From assembly GCA_028534125.1 (NCBI GenBank), contig CM052816.1:62126001-62190000 (forward strand): DNA of 64,000 nucleotides, written 5' to 3'. Of this stretch, positions 13,386 to 26,140 are shown piece after piece; within the stretch, counting starts at the first letter, position 1; the number at the start of each line of letters is the position of its first letter. This DNA is from Lama glama (lineage: Eukaryota). The position numbers and the translations under genes were made by a program. The notes under the pieces are model-generated. The model worked only from the letters and a program-made list of their open reading frames with translations, made no database searches and had not been told where the DNA came from.

Positions 13386-14384
13386 TCTTATTACTGGAGC
13401 TGAGTGCCTAGGAACCGAACGATATTTGTATGTTTGTCACTCATCTCATGCATAGTTATTGAGAGCATGCTCTATGCAAAATACTGTGCTAGGAATGAAA
13501 TCTTTTTTCTCCCTTTTCTTTGTTGAGCCGCTAAATTATTGTAGTTTAAGTCGACCCTACTCATAGTTCCTTCATTTTCCCATTTCTAGTGTGCGATAAT
13601 ATTTTCTGCCCGTCTCAGGGAAATGCATAACACAAAGGGAGCAAACGTGTAGAACACAGGAGGCACACCAGGCTGGTGCAAGCTGGTATATGTGTGGGAG
13701 GGCGGAAAACTGCCAATGAGGACAGGGTGCTCCCTGGCCCCGCAGGGATCCCACCATCTGAGCAGGGCAATGAGAGTGGGGAAAGGGCATGTTAGAGTCT
13801 GGGCACGGGATTCTCTTTCTGGCTGTTTGTGCACTTTTCTGCACCTTCAGAAATGCATACACTGAGCAGGGGATGGGGAGGTGCCATTGGTGCTGTTCAT
13901 GGATCATCATTATTCTCTCTTTTGCTCAAGGAGAGGTAAAAGGATGCAGCCTGCAGTGCAGAGGTCTCTTTTTACCATTTTCCTGGGAATGTGAGAGTTC
14001 TCTGCACAAAAGGAGAAATGAACACTGTAAATTATTTGCCAAGTGTTTCAGAAGTGAGCAGTGAGATAAATATATAAATGCAAGTATACTGACATCGTTG
14101 GTAGCTAATGGCTCAGTTGATTTAGACCAGAAGCATTTAAAAATGTTATACTTAGACAAGCAGTCGTCACACTTTGTATTTCATGCATCCCTATAAATAA
14201 AAAGATTAAGCATGCTCTCCAACTATATATGTATTTGTCAATTAATCATACATAGATAATGATATTAACATAGTGGGCATTTTAAAAATGTAAAAAATCA
14301 GAAAAGGAGACTGTAAAATATAAAGTTATAATATTCTCTTTCAGGTCGTCTTGTTCACACTTTGAAGCCCACAGGCTTAGATCA

Positions 14385-14542
14385 GAGGTTCTCAAACTTT
14401 AATGTGCATTAGAATCACTTGAAAGGCTTTTTAAACCACAGAATGTGGGGCTTTGTCCCTAGAGTCTGGGCTGAGGCCTGATCATTTGATTCCTAGTAGG
14501 TTCCCGGCTGATAAAGGAAATACACTTTGAGAAGCAACGGGT
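14385..14542. mobile_element. MER5A-like MITE
   Basis: ggttctcaaacttt...ttagaatcacttg...cactttgagaagca termini. Confidence 0.75.
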
Positions 14543-16092
14543 TAGCCTAATACAGTCAGATCCCTTAGGGAAGGTATACAGCATCCAAAGGAAAGAAGCA
14601 ATAATGATGGTGGCCAGTGATAAGGCTGATATTTAAAGCAGTCGACCCTAGGGGGTACCCCCAAATCATAACACACAGCCGCAGAGCTGATTCCATTAAG
14701 CAAAAGAGTAGCTTCAGTGAACGTTCAAGTACATTCCAGGCACATAGAGACAAAAATGTTTTCAGATAACATTCACGATACACATTAAGGGAATCTTAGT
14801 AAGTAGATCCAAACCTACACTTTAGCTCAAACTTAAGCAGATGGAAGATCATGGGAGGCTCAGGACTACAGTGATACAGCACCCCACGTGGCAGGCACCC
14901 CTGAGGAGCCAAGCATTTCTTGGCAGATTCTTCTGAGAGGCTTCCTGGAGGGTGTACATTCACACTGCAAATCCTATTTGGTTTGCGCTCCAGGTTTTAC
15001 TGGGCAAGGTTTTATCCCAATTTTAAAAACGTCTTGTTTAAAAAGTTTTGCTTCATTTTTCTTTCATTGATTGTCCCTGAACTCACGTCCCAACACACAA
15101 TACTAACTGACATCTTATTGCAAATCAAAGGAAATGCAGCAACGTCGACTTTACAAATTAGCATATGAGTTAATGAAGAGCCCCAGATGGTGAGATGGCT
15201 GCAAAGTCTCATGTTACCAGCAAGGGCAAGGGAAAGGTTGATAAACTCTGCCTCCTGCTCTGAACAAATCACTTACATGGGTGCTCATTTAGAAGCAATG
15301 ACAGGGAGAGACAGGAAATGCACAAAGGCACATATCGGCTCACACTACCAATATTCCCAAAATCCATCACAGATACTCAATATGCCTACAGCTGATGAGA
15401 ACCACTTGAAGGATCTGAGGCTGTAGCCTGGACTGGAGCCTGCAGTCTCAGTGCAAAGGTAGAAAGACAGCTCCTGTCTGTCTCTGCGAAGAGCAGAAAT
15501 CCTGGTTTTGCTTTCTGGACCTGCTGCAAAGAGCACATGTACCAGGTGGGAAGCATCCTTCAGTGGAGTCTAACAGGGAAACTAGAAACATTGATTCAGG
15601 GAGACAATGAGAGAATAATAGAAGCCTGGCTGACACTAAGACAGAAGGAGAGGCCCAATGAGGACATATCTGTTTGGATATGAGTGGGGATTTCGTTGCA
15701 TTCCACTGGTGGAAGGTTACACACACTGGCTTCTAAAACTACAGTGAAACATGAAATACAGTCCATTCTTTCCCAGGGATTTGGGTGGCCAGGAGTTCAT
15801 TTCTGTTTAATTGTTACACTCCCATTTCTCTCTGTCTTGTTTCTGTTTTCATAAACAGTGCAGCTCCACTTTTTAAAGAATGCCATTCCTTTCCCAAGTT
15901 GATTACTTCGACTAGTGTGTGCTTAAGCTACATTTCCAAACATGAATGTGTGAATTTTCCAAGTGATCTACACACATTCATTTCCTGCTACTATGAATTA
16001 TGAAAGGCAATTTCCGTTGCAATTTAAACATGTCTTCTAATTAAAGATACAAATCTTGAAATGTTTATCTTCTTTCACCATTCTATCCTTGC

Positions 16093-16094
<2 letters not shown>

Positions 16095-16129
<35 letters not shown>
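16095..16129. repeat. (AC)17 microsatellite
   Basis: Read directly. Confidence 0.98.
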
Positions 16130-16132
<3 letters not shown>

Positions 16133-16639
16133 ATTTTTTAGGTCAAACATGCAGTGTTCTACAAGAAAGGAACACTGTCAAAAATAATGGCAAGAAGAAA
16201 GAAAAATAATCACTCAGTCTACATGGAGCCAAGAGGAAGACTTAGAAAACCAAGAGTAAGATGTTGTAGGGCAATTTTCCCAAGCAGCAAGCAATATTAT
16301 ATTTGTTTGTTCTTTGAAAATGAGAAAATAGCATGACGACAACATTAAAATCATTTTTAGATGAGAAGCAAATTATCCCCCAAATCCCATGTCTTAATGT
16401 ATCTAAGTGAACTCTTGTGACAAATTTTCACTATTTGGATATTCGCTTTTACACAGTTAAAATAATTGTAGGCAGATACTGTGTTCTTTTTTTTTTTAAC
16501 TTATCACACTATCATAAACATTTTCTTATTTTAATTAATTAATTAATTATTTTAACATTTTCTTATTTTAAATACTTACACGGTAATGCAGGGAAAAAAA
16601 AAACCCAAACAGGAAGCTCATGGAAGAAACATGAAAAGA

Positions 16640-16898
16640 TAATAAATCCTTTAAAAATACTCAACCTCATTAGTCATCAGGAAAATGCTCATTTAAGTCA
16701 ACAAGAGATATCATTTCATACCCACTAGATTAGGAAAATAAAAGTCTGGAAATACCAAGTGCTTAAGAGGAGCTGGAGCAATGTACCAATGGGAGAGTCA
16801 CTTAGCGCAATCACTGGAGAACGATTTGAAGCATCAGGTACAAGGGAAGTTGTGCACATTCAACCACGCATCAGTTCTACTCCCATGTCTGTCCTCCA
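16640..16898 (+). mobile_element. Old L1 ORF2 3' fragment
   Basis: ctcaacctcattagtcatcaggaaaatg...agatatcatttcatacccactag. Confidence 0.7.
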
Positions 16899-17027
16899 GA
16901 GTAGCATCGTTCAGTAGAACTTCCTGTGATGATGAAAATAGTCTTCCGTGCTGAGCAGTATGGTAGCCACGAGCTTCACGTGGCTATTGAGCACTTGAAA
17001 TAGGCTGGGAAACTGAATTTTTAATTT
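16899..17027. mobile_element. MER3-like hAT-Charlie element, interrupted by a SINE
   Basis: tagaacttcctgtgatgatgaaaat...tatggtagccac...gtggctattgagcacttgaaa...actgaatttttaattt. Confidence 0.8.
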
Positions 17028-17175
17028 CATATATTTATTTATTATTTATTTATTTTGGGGGGAGAAGATAATTAGGCTCATTTATTTATTTATTTTTAGA
17101 GGAGATACTGGGGATTGAACCCAGGACCTTGTGCATGCTAGGCATGCACTCTACCACTTGAGCTGCATCCTCCCC
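17028..17175 (-). mobile_element. vic-1-like SINE with 15-bp TSD
   Basis: tRNA-like head; TSD ctgaatttttaattt at 17013-17027 and 17176-17190. Confidence 0.9.
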
Positions 17176-18624
17176 CTGAATTTTTAATTTTAATTGCATA
17201 GATTTCAATTTCTATGCCTCTAGCAGCATGTAAGTATACCAGTTTCACCACAGAATTGCCCAAACTGGATGTAACCATTTTTTGACTTTTTGCTCATTTA
17301 CAATGTGTAAAATCCTATATACTGTTTTACCGTGTGTTTTTTTAGCTATTAGCAGAGTTGAATATTTTCCTTCACATTTGCTTATTCCAACTGTGTGCTC
17401 ATATCTTTTGTTCATTTTTGGCTGAAGTCTTTGCTATAAATCCCAGGCAATATATTTCTTTTTGTTTTCCTGGCAGTTCTTCCTACTTTCATATATTCTT
17501 TTTTTCCCCGTAATTTGTATCCCTTAGAACTTCAGTACAATTTTTTCCATTGTATTTTTTAATAAGCATTAAAATATTTCTGCATTTTAACTTACAGTTT
17601 CTTGTTTGAGGGTTGAAACAGCTGTAGTTAAGATGAACAGGTTCAACCATATAAAAACTAGACTAGTATTGAAACAAAAGAAAGATACAAATACTGATGC
17701 AAACACTGAACTGCATTGAGTAAAACAGACAAAAATGTTTGTGTAAAATATGAAGCTCATTAAGTTCATAAGGAAACAATCCACTGAGAGGGGGAGCAAG
17801 TTCTCTTGTTCATTTGCAGAGTGCTTATTATCTGCTGCACATTTCACTCCATTGGCATCTGGCCTCGATTTTTGTTGTGGAGAAATCTTTCAGTTTAATT
17901 GTAGTTCCTCTGTAGGTAATGTCTTTTTTCTCTGGTTGCTCTTAAGGTCTTCCTTTTCCTTTGGCATCCTGTGATATCATTCCATTCTCTTTCCCCTTTC
18001 TGAAACTCTCATTAGAAGTATGTTGGACTGTCTCCTTCTACTCTTCATGGCTTCTTAGCGTCTCTTCTTATATTCTCTGTAGTTTTCTCTGTTGCATTCT
18101 GGACATTTTCCTTGGACCCATCTTCCAGTTAACTCTTTATAGCTGTGTATTATCTATCCATTAGGTTTTCATTTTAATGATCATATTTTTTCATTTCTGG
18201 AATTTGAGTTCTCTTCTAGGTATGCTTGGTCATTTTACATACTGTCTTTTGTCCCATGTTTTTAATTCTTTTGTGTCTTTAGTAGTTTAAGATGTGATTA
18301 CTCTAAGTCATTATCAAGTCATGCTATTAGCTAAAGTTCTTGGAGACAAAATTCTCCTGCTAATTTTGCATGTTCATTCTCATCTTTGCTGGGTTCTTCA
18401 TGTTTTACAATTTAAGCTTGTGATCTCATTTTAAGCAGGACTTTATCTGTAGATTTCTGAGAAGTATTGATTTTTGGACTACAATAGCAGTGTCAAACAT
18501 GGTTATAATTTCTTAGGAGGCCAAGTGAAGTAAGCATCCTAGTTATCTTCTTGTGCCTGAGGGACATTTTCCCTGGACTACCTTTTCATTGAACATGTAG
18601 CATTTGAGTGTTTTGGTTTGTGTT

Positions 18625-19070
18625 AGAATCACAAGAGGAAAAAAATGGATGGTGTGGGAAGCATTTATTTACATAGGGATTGATTAAAAAGTGTGAGTGG
18701 TAAATGGGAACCATCAGGAAATTAAGACTGACCATGTGGCACTGTCACCACTCCTAGGCACTAAGTAATGAGAAGAGAGAGAGGTTCTTAGGACCTGAAA
18801 AAAGAGAGTTGTATGGTGCAGCCTCCTTGGATAGAACAGTGACTTGGGGTTATGGGATGCAGACAGCTCAAAGGGACTTCATAAAGAGGGAAACAGGAGA
18901 ATAGATATCTTGACCTCACTCCTCTCCTTTCCTTCAAACTTTTGCTAGGGTTCTCCATTGACTGAGCCCAACTGAAGGCCAAGGACAACGGAGGTCACAG
19001 GCCACTCGGTGTTACAGGGTAGAGAAGGGCAGAGTGGATCTGGAGAGCCAAAGAGCAGACTTCCAGCACA
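18625..19070 (-). mobile_element. ERVL LTR (LTR33-like), apparently inserted in an old minus-strand L1 relic (~17810-19340)
   Basis: Reverse complement starts TGTGCTGG...CTCCAGATCCACTCTGCCCTTCTC, typical of the LTR33 5' end. Confidence 0.65.
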
Positions 19071-19769
19071 TGCCTTTATGTAGGGTATCTCATTGCTAAT
19101 TCCTGTCCCCATATAACCTTCCAACTGCAAGCTTCTTGGTAATGGGGCCAGCAAACTCCCTCAGGGAAGCCATCAGATCAGTCCACACTGCCTCCCAACG
19201 TACTTTATATTCTTTCTTCATCTTTGACCTTGGAGATTTCTTTTACTTTCTTGTGAGCTTACTTATACACTTAAAAAGGTATTTGTCATATTTTATACAT
19301 TGTATCTGTCTCGTTAAGTTTTAGAGTTGTCTAACTCAGTGTATGGCTAGAAATAGAAGACGTGAGTTATCTCACCCAATCTTACACATATTCTCTGTTG
19401 TAATTAATATTTTAAGATGAAGAAACCAAGGCTGGGTCACTTTCTCATGGGTCACAGAACTATTAAGCCTAAAACTAGAATGCTGCCTCCAAAATCCAGG
19501 CTGTTTCTACCACATCAAACATTGGATGCAGGGATGCTGTGTGGCTGCCATTTTGAAAAAAAGAAAGTAAAGAAGGTAGGAAGGAAGGAAGGAAGAATGG
19601 AAGGAAGACCTACAAATTCAATACTAGGTCATCTGTAAGATTAACTGTGAAGCTCCCAAAATAGAAGATAAATAGGCTAAAAACCAAGGACACCAGAGAT
19701 TCATTAATTAAGAACTAGCATTAAAGTGTTATGGTTGCAGGTTTGAATTTGACATTGATTCTTCCATGG

Positions 19770-20900
19770 AAGCCGTCATTAAGGGAGGAAAAAAGGTGAA
19801 TCCTGATCATTTATTTTAATTTGGACAATATGCAACTTGAAACAAAAATACCCTGATTTCAGATGATCTGAGCATTTTCAACCATACCGTGACCATGTTA
19901 CTTCAAAACAGAATCAAAAGCTTCCAAATAGATAAAACAGTGAACAGATATCTTAGAAAGAAAAAAACCCCCCACCATTTTCAGTCCAGAAAAATCTCCA
20001 ATTTAAATTGAGACCCAGGTGTAAGAAGCTGACATACAGCAGAGAAGAAATTCTGATTCCTGATTATATTGAATCAGGTCAAATAACTGCTTCTCATGCA
20101 GAAGAAATTAATAATGAAGCTATGTTAGTTATAGTGGGTCAATTATATTCTAAAACTTTCGTTTTGCAAAAGCAAAGAAAAATTCTGCTTTGTTGACAAA
20201 CAGGGCAAAGAGAAAAGCAGGGAGGGGAGGAAGAAAGAAAAAGAAGAAAACTGTGGAATGCAGTAACATACATTCTACTTGAAAGGCCAAATAATACAAA
20301 AATGCCAGAATTTGCTAATGGAGTGAATGAATTTTGGAACTCTATTTAGAAAATATTATTTAGGAAAAAAGAATCAGAATTGATAGAAGAGGGAATTAAG
20401 AAAAGAAAAGTTCCCTAGTATGGACATTTAAAAATATCACTTAGGGACTGTCATTAGGAGGTATCCTTTTTTCCCTTAGACTAACACACTGTCAACATTT
20501 TGTGATCATCAAAAGCACATTTATTGAGTGTGGAGGTAATCTGCTTCAAGATGTAACTTAAAAACAAGGAAAATGAATTCTGTAGATAAGAGATGCTTTG
20601 GTTTTTCAAAAATATTTCACGAAGGTGCTTATCCAGATTCTGACTAATGAGGAAAGTTCAAGTTTGTAAGATACCAGACATGGAGATAATAAGGTAACCT
20701 GATACCATTTTGGATGCCCTGGTAAACTTAATGTGGGGACCTCAGGTTAACAAATACCGTTTAAAAAGAAACTGTTTGTGAATCAAATGATAGATACTTA
20801 ACTGGAAGAACTGAAAAATTTTCCGAAAATTTAAAAAATGAAAGATTTTGGGTTAACTACAAAGAAGAGAATGCTAATATGTAATGGACTAATTAATTCA
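19770..20900 (+). mobile_element. Very degraded CR1/L3 LINE ORF2 remnants
   Basis: aagggaggaaaaaaggtgaatcctga and cagatgatctgagcattt resemble L3; ~20582-20625 translates VDKRCFGFSKIFH, like the RT motif VDxxYLDFSKAFD. Confidence 0.35.
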
Positions 20901-21436
20901 AAATTAACAACTGCTTAACACATACTAAAAGAAAAGAAAGATGCAAAATATTTTTTTAATGTAGCAAAAACATATTGTTGTGCTGACTGAAAAAAGAAGC
21001 TGCATGGAAAAATCCCTTTAGTTTTAGTAGCCAAGTGCTGATCTGAAACACTTTTTCTGAACTCTTGATGTCGGAAAATAAACTGAAGCACACTCTACGG
21101 TTCTGATATAGGCTGACACCCATAAACATCCTTAAGACAAAGTATGCTGCTGTGGAGAGCAATCTTTGTCTGTTTTAATACTGTGCTGGCAAAGGGGGCA
21201 CATTCTAGAATAAGGGTGGCAAATCGAGGGAAAGCTCGATACAGAAATGAGGTGGATATGACTGGGGTTTCAACACAATAAAATATCAGTTCAGCTAGCA
21301 TTCAGTTTGAGAAACTGCTGATATGATTTTATTCGGGTTTAATTGTTTTAGAAAGTACTATTTTTATGGGTTTAGACTGCTGCATGTTTAAATATACTTA
21401 CAAGCATGTTTGTTTCACAAAATGAGGAGTGCTCTC

Positions 21437-21708
21437 TCTATGATCTGAATGTTTATGTCCCCTCAAAATTCATGTGTTGAGCCCTAAACCACACCACAAG
21501 ATGGTGGTGTTTGGAGATGAGGCCGTTGGATGATAGATACTTAGGGTTAGATGAGGTCATGAGGCGGGGTAGGGCCCAAATCTGATGGGATTAATGCCCT
21601 TACAAGAGTCACCAGAGAGTTTGTTCTGTCTCCCTCTCTCTCTCTGCCACATAAGGACAGAATAAAAAGGGAGTCATGTGCAAGCCAGGAAGAGGGTTCT
21701 CACCAGAA
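21437..21708 (+). mobile_element. MaLR LTR (MLT1A-like), 3' truncated
   Basis: tatgatctgaatgtttatgtcccctcaaaattcatgtgttga...gggattaatgccctta...gcaagccaggaagaggg. Confidence 0.8.
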
Positions 21709-21729
21709 TTTCTGATTGAAAGGTGAGAC

Positions 21730-22707
21730 TTTTTTTTACAGCTTTTTTGAGGCATAATTGACCAAAATTATATATATTTAAGGTGTACAATGTGATGTTT
21801 TGACACATGTATACATTTATGAAATGGGTACAAGCTATTTAATATATCCATCACCTTACATACTTAGCAGTTGTGTGCCTGTGTGGTGGGAACATTTAAG
21901 ATCTACTCTCTGAGCAAATTTTAAGGTCAGAAATACAGTATCGTTGACTACAGACATCAGGCTTGGATCTTCAGAACTTACTCATTCTGCACAACTCAGA
22001 CTTTGTACCCTTTGGCCAACATCTTTCCAGTTCCCTCACTCCACAGCCCCTGGCACCTACCATTCACTCTGTCCTTTTATAGGTCCAACTCTTTTAGGTT
22101 CCACATATACGTGAAATCATGCAGTATTTGTCTTTCTGTGTCTGGCTTATTTTACTTAGCATGGTGTCCTCTAGGTTCATCAGTGTTGTTTCCAATGGCA
22201 GAATTTCCTTCTTCCAAATGCTGAATAATATTCAATTATATATGTACATGTGTGATAAATAAATGTTATATGTCACACTTTCTTTGTCTGTTCATTCATC
22301 CATGGACAATTAGGTTACTTCCATGTCTTGGCTATTGTGAATAATGCTGCAATGGACACGGGAGGCAGATATCTCTTTGAGATACAATCTCTTTTCTCTT
22401 GGATATACATACACCCAGAAGTGGTATTGCTGGATCATAGGGTAGTCCTATTTTTAACTTTTTGAGAAACATCCATATTGTTTTCCGTAATTACTGCACC
22501 AATTTACATTCTCATCAATAGTGTACAAGGGTTACCTTTTGGCATATCTTCATCAACATTTGTTATCTTTTGTCTTTGGATAATAGCCACACTGAGAGAT
22601 GTGAGGTGATATCTCATTGTGGTTTTGATCTGCATTTCCCTAATGAGAAATGTTGAGGCATTTCTCAAAAAAAGACACATAAGTGGCCGACTGGTACTAT
22701 ATGAAAA
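21730..22707 (-). mobile_element. L1MA-like 3' fragment with a short inverted 5' segment
   Basis: T tail, gtgtacaatgtgatgtttt...gctattgtgaataatgctgcaat...atctcattgtggttttgatctgcatttccct; segment 22658-22707 in the opposite orientation. Confidence 0.85.
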
Positions 22708-24329
22708 GTAGGAATATTTTTAATGAATGTTGCTAACTAGACATTCATTAGTTTTAAACTAACATCCTCTACTAGACATTTCTAATAATAGATTTCATAA
22801 CTTAAAAAAATTTTTGGCAATCTAATTTGCATTTCTTTGATTACCAAGAAGCCAGGACATTTTTCCAGAAGTTTTCTGATCATTTTATTTCTTCTTTCAT
22901 GATTTGGGATTTCATATCCCTTGCTTATTTCATTCATGAAGATTAATTAATTTGTTTATTTTTACTAATTGGTAAAAGTTTTACAGGTACGTTATTAACT
23001 TATTTCTGAAACATTTGTTGAAAATATTTTTCCTAGTTTATTTGTCCTTTAATTGATAAATAAATAGCTACAGAGATTAATTGATAAATATATTAATTAT
23101 ATACTTAACTCAGAAAACACTCTTAATACTATCTAATATGTTTCCAGATTTCTCAATGGTCCCTAAATATCTTTAAAAATTTTTTTAAACCAGGACTCAA
23201 TCAAGGCTCATATAAGGTTAAGGCTCTTTCATCTCTTTTTAGTCTGAAACAGTCCCTTGCCTTTTTTCCCCCATGACATTGACTTCTTTGAAGAGACTAG
23301 GTCAGTTACCTAGTAAAATGTTTCACATTCTGAATTTAGCTGTTTCTCATTAGCATTATTTTACTTGCATACAGAAATTTAAAAATTTTATTTAGTTAAA
23401 TGTGTCAAACATTTTATTTATAATCCTGGCTTTGGTGTCATTTTTAGAAAAGCTTTTCCTATTTTGGTTATATTAATGTGTATCTCTATTATTTTCCAGT
23501 AATTTTATCACTTCAGGTTTTGTACTTAAATCTGTAACCCATCTTATTTTGGTAAAATTGTGAACAGATTTCTTAAAAGATTTACCATGACACTTGTGAG
23601 AGTTAAATAAGTTATTAGGTGATGATACTGACAACCAATTTTGCATGTAATGTTAACATGAATAAACATCTATTTAGTGCAACACTAAATCATGCAGGTA
23701 ATGTTATTTAAGTGTCATATATTTATTTTCTTTGTCAGGTTTCAGATACTGCATCAAACAGAAACTGCATCAAAGAGAGGAAAAGATTCTGAGTCAAATT
23801 ACAGAATAATCAGTATTCAATTTTATGTCCATAGTTTATTCTATTTTATTATTTTCCCCCAAAAGACTCACTCACATTCTTCAAAATAGTAGAGTCTATA
23901 ATTGTGGTCATAATGAGTGATGATTTCAAAATATAGGTCATTTTTATGAAAATTAGAAGAGGAAGCATAGACAAACTCACGACTTACACAGAATGCAAAT
24001 TAGAATAGATGTATGAATGAAGAATTTCTATCATCAGATAAACCACTCCAATGTTGCTAGTACACTGGCTGGTAATATTTCTAACATACTCTTAATTAGG
24101 ACTGAGATTCTTTCTGACAAGATTTTCCTGACCATTATGTTATATAATTTAGCTAACTTTAAAGGAAAATTAAATTACCTCTTTCTTATGAAACATCCTG
24201 ACTTATGTTTACATGTTTTTAATATTAGATTTGGTTTACTGAAGGGCAATAGCCAATGATGGGAAATACTTAAGGTAAAAGGCTTTGAAATTTTTATAAG
24301 TACCAGCTGAGAAGCTGTGGTTTATAATC

Positions 24330-25010
24330 TCAGAAAACCTGACTTGCAAAATGTCTGCTCACGAGAAAGCTAAAAGTAAAAAGACAGACCGTTCCAAGCT
24401 TTGGTGAGAATTTTTAGATGTGGATTTTGGGAGTGTAATTAGCATTACCTCTTTCAAAGAAAAAAAAAACCCATGGCTTTATTAACTCAAGCTAACTATA
24501 CATCTATCCTATGATCCAGCATTTCACTCATAGGCAGTTCCCCAAGAGAAAGGAAAATCTATGTCCACCAACACATCATAGACAGGAATATTCACAGCAA
24601 CTTTATTCATAATAGCCCCAAACTGGAAACAATGCAAAATCATTCAACAGGAATATGGACAAGTTGTAGTCCATTCATACAATGCAATATTGTACAGCAA
24701 TTCAAAAACTACTGCTACATGCATCACATGAATGCATCTCACAGATACTGTATGATTTTATTCACATGAACTTAAAAAAGCTGCCAAAACAACTCCATGA
24801 TGATGGAATTCAGAATAGCAGTTATTTACATCTTGGGGGTGAGGTTGGGTGAGAAGACGTATGAGGGAACCTTTCCAAGCGATGGGAAATCATCTGCATC
24901 TTGATCTAGGTTCTGTGGTTCATGGAGTGTACATATATGTAGGAGTTAAGTAAACTGTATACTTAAGATTAGTGCATTAACTCACTGTGCTGCCTCATAT
25001 GAAAAAAATT
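24330..25010 (+). mobile_element. Old L1M 3' fragment
   Basis: cctatgatccagcatttcactc...ttcacagcaactttattcataatagccccaaactggaaacaa. Confidence 0.78.
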
Positions 25011-25079
25011 CTGTTGTTGATGCTTTTAACTGTATGAAGGTTAGAATAAATACATTCAAGTTTCTGCCACCTTAAAAGA

Positions 25080-26140
25080 AGTCCTCAACCAAGGACCTGC
25101 CTCCCAGGACCTGCCTATCCCAGTCCTTCCCTTTACAATCAAAGTTCTTTCAGAGATATCTGTAGTCACTGCTTTTATTTCTAATCTCCCAACCACTTTC
25201 TTCAACCGCTGTCCTCTCCCCTTCCGTGAAGCCCTTCCCAGGGTCCCTATTATCCTTGCTATCAAATCCAAAGGACAATTTTTCGTTATTTTATGACCTC
25301 TCGGGAGCCTACCACACTCTTGACTGCTTCCTCCTCCTTGAAATTCTCTCCCTTGTTCCTGTTACACTGCCTTACATGGTTTTACTCCTGCCTCTCAGGG
25401 TGCTGTTGTCTTACCGTCTGTTCTTAATTTTGATGTCCCTCAGGGTTCTGCCCTGGGATCTTCATCTCACACTACACACTCTCCCTGACCCACCTTATCT
25501 GTTCCCGTTACTTCGATTAACACTTGTAATGTTTACTTCCAGCCCAGACCTCTTAACTGAAGTCCAGGTCCATTGACCCAACAGCCTGTTAGGCATTTCC
25601 ATTTTGATTTCCCACAGGTACCCCAAAATCGATGTTACTACCCTGCCCCCAAATCTTTTCCTCTTGTTTTCACAACCTCAATGACACCTCCCCATTCGCT
25701 CAGACGACCAAGCCAGAATTTTGTTATCCCTAATGTATTCTCCTCTTTCTTTCCTCAGATGCAATTAACCACTTTGATTCTACCTTCTGAATTATGCTCA
25801 ATTTCCTCTGCTTCTTTCCATTTTTTCTACATTAACCACGTTCAGATTAACATCACTACATAAATTACACCAACATCCTCCTAAGTTCTGACCCCTTCCA
25901 ACTCATTCTCCATGGTAAGGCTAGAGTACTTTCTAAAGTGCAAATTTGATCATATTATTCCTTTGCTTAAAGCTCTTCAGTGGCTTCCTATTGTCCTTAG
26001 GATAAAATTCAACTGTTTAATATGGTTTACAACATGCTCTTGATTACCTCTCCAGCCCAATCTCTCTCTTCTGTTCACTGATTACTGCACTACAGCCTAA
26101 TATTAAAACTACTGTCAGTTCTAAAATGTGGCATGGTCTC
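25080..26140 (+). mobile_element. L2 LINE fragment
   Basis: Pyrimidine-rich; tgctatcaaatccaaaggacaatttt...ccagcccagacctct...ttcagtggcttcctattgtccttaggataaaattcaa. Confidence 0.8.
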
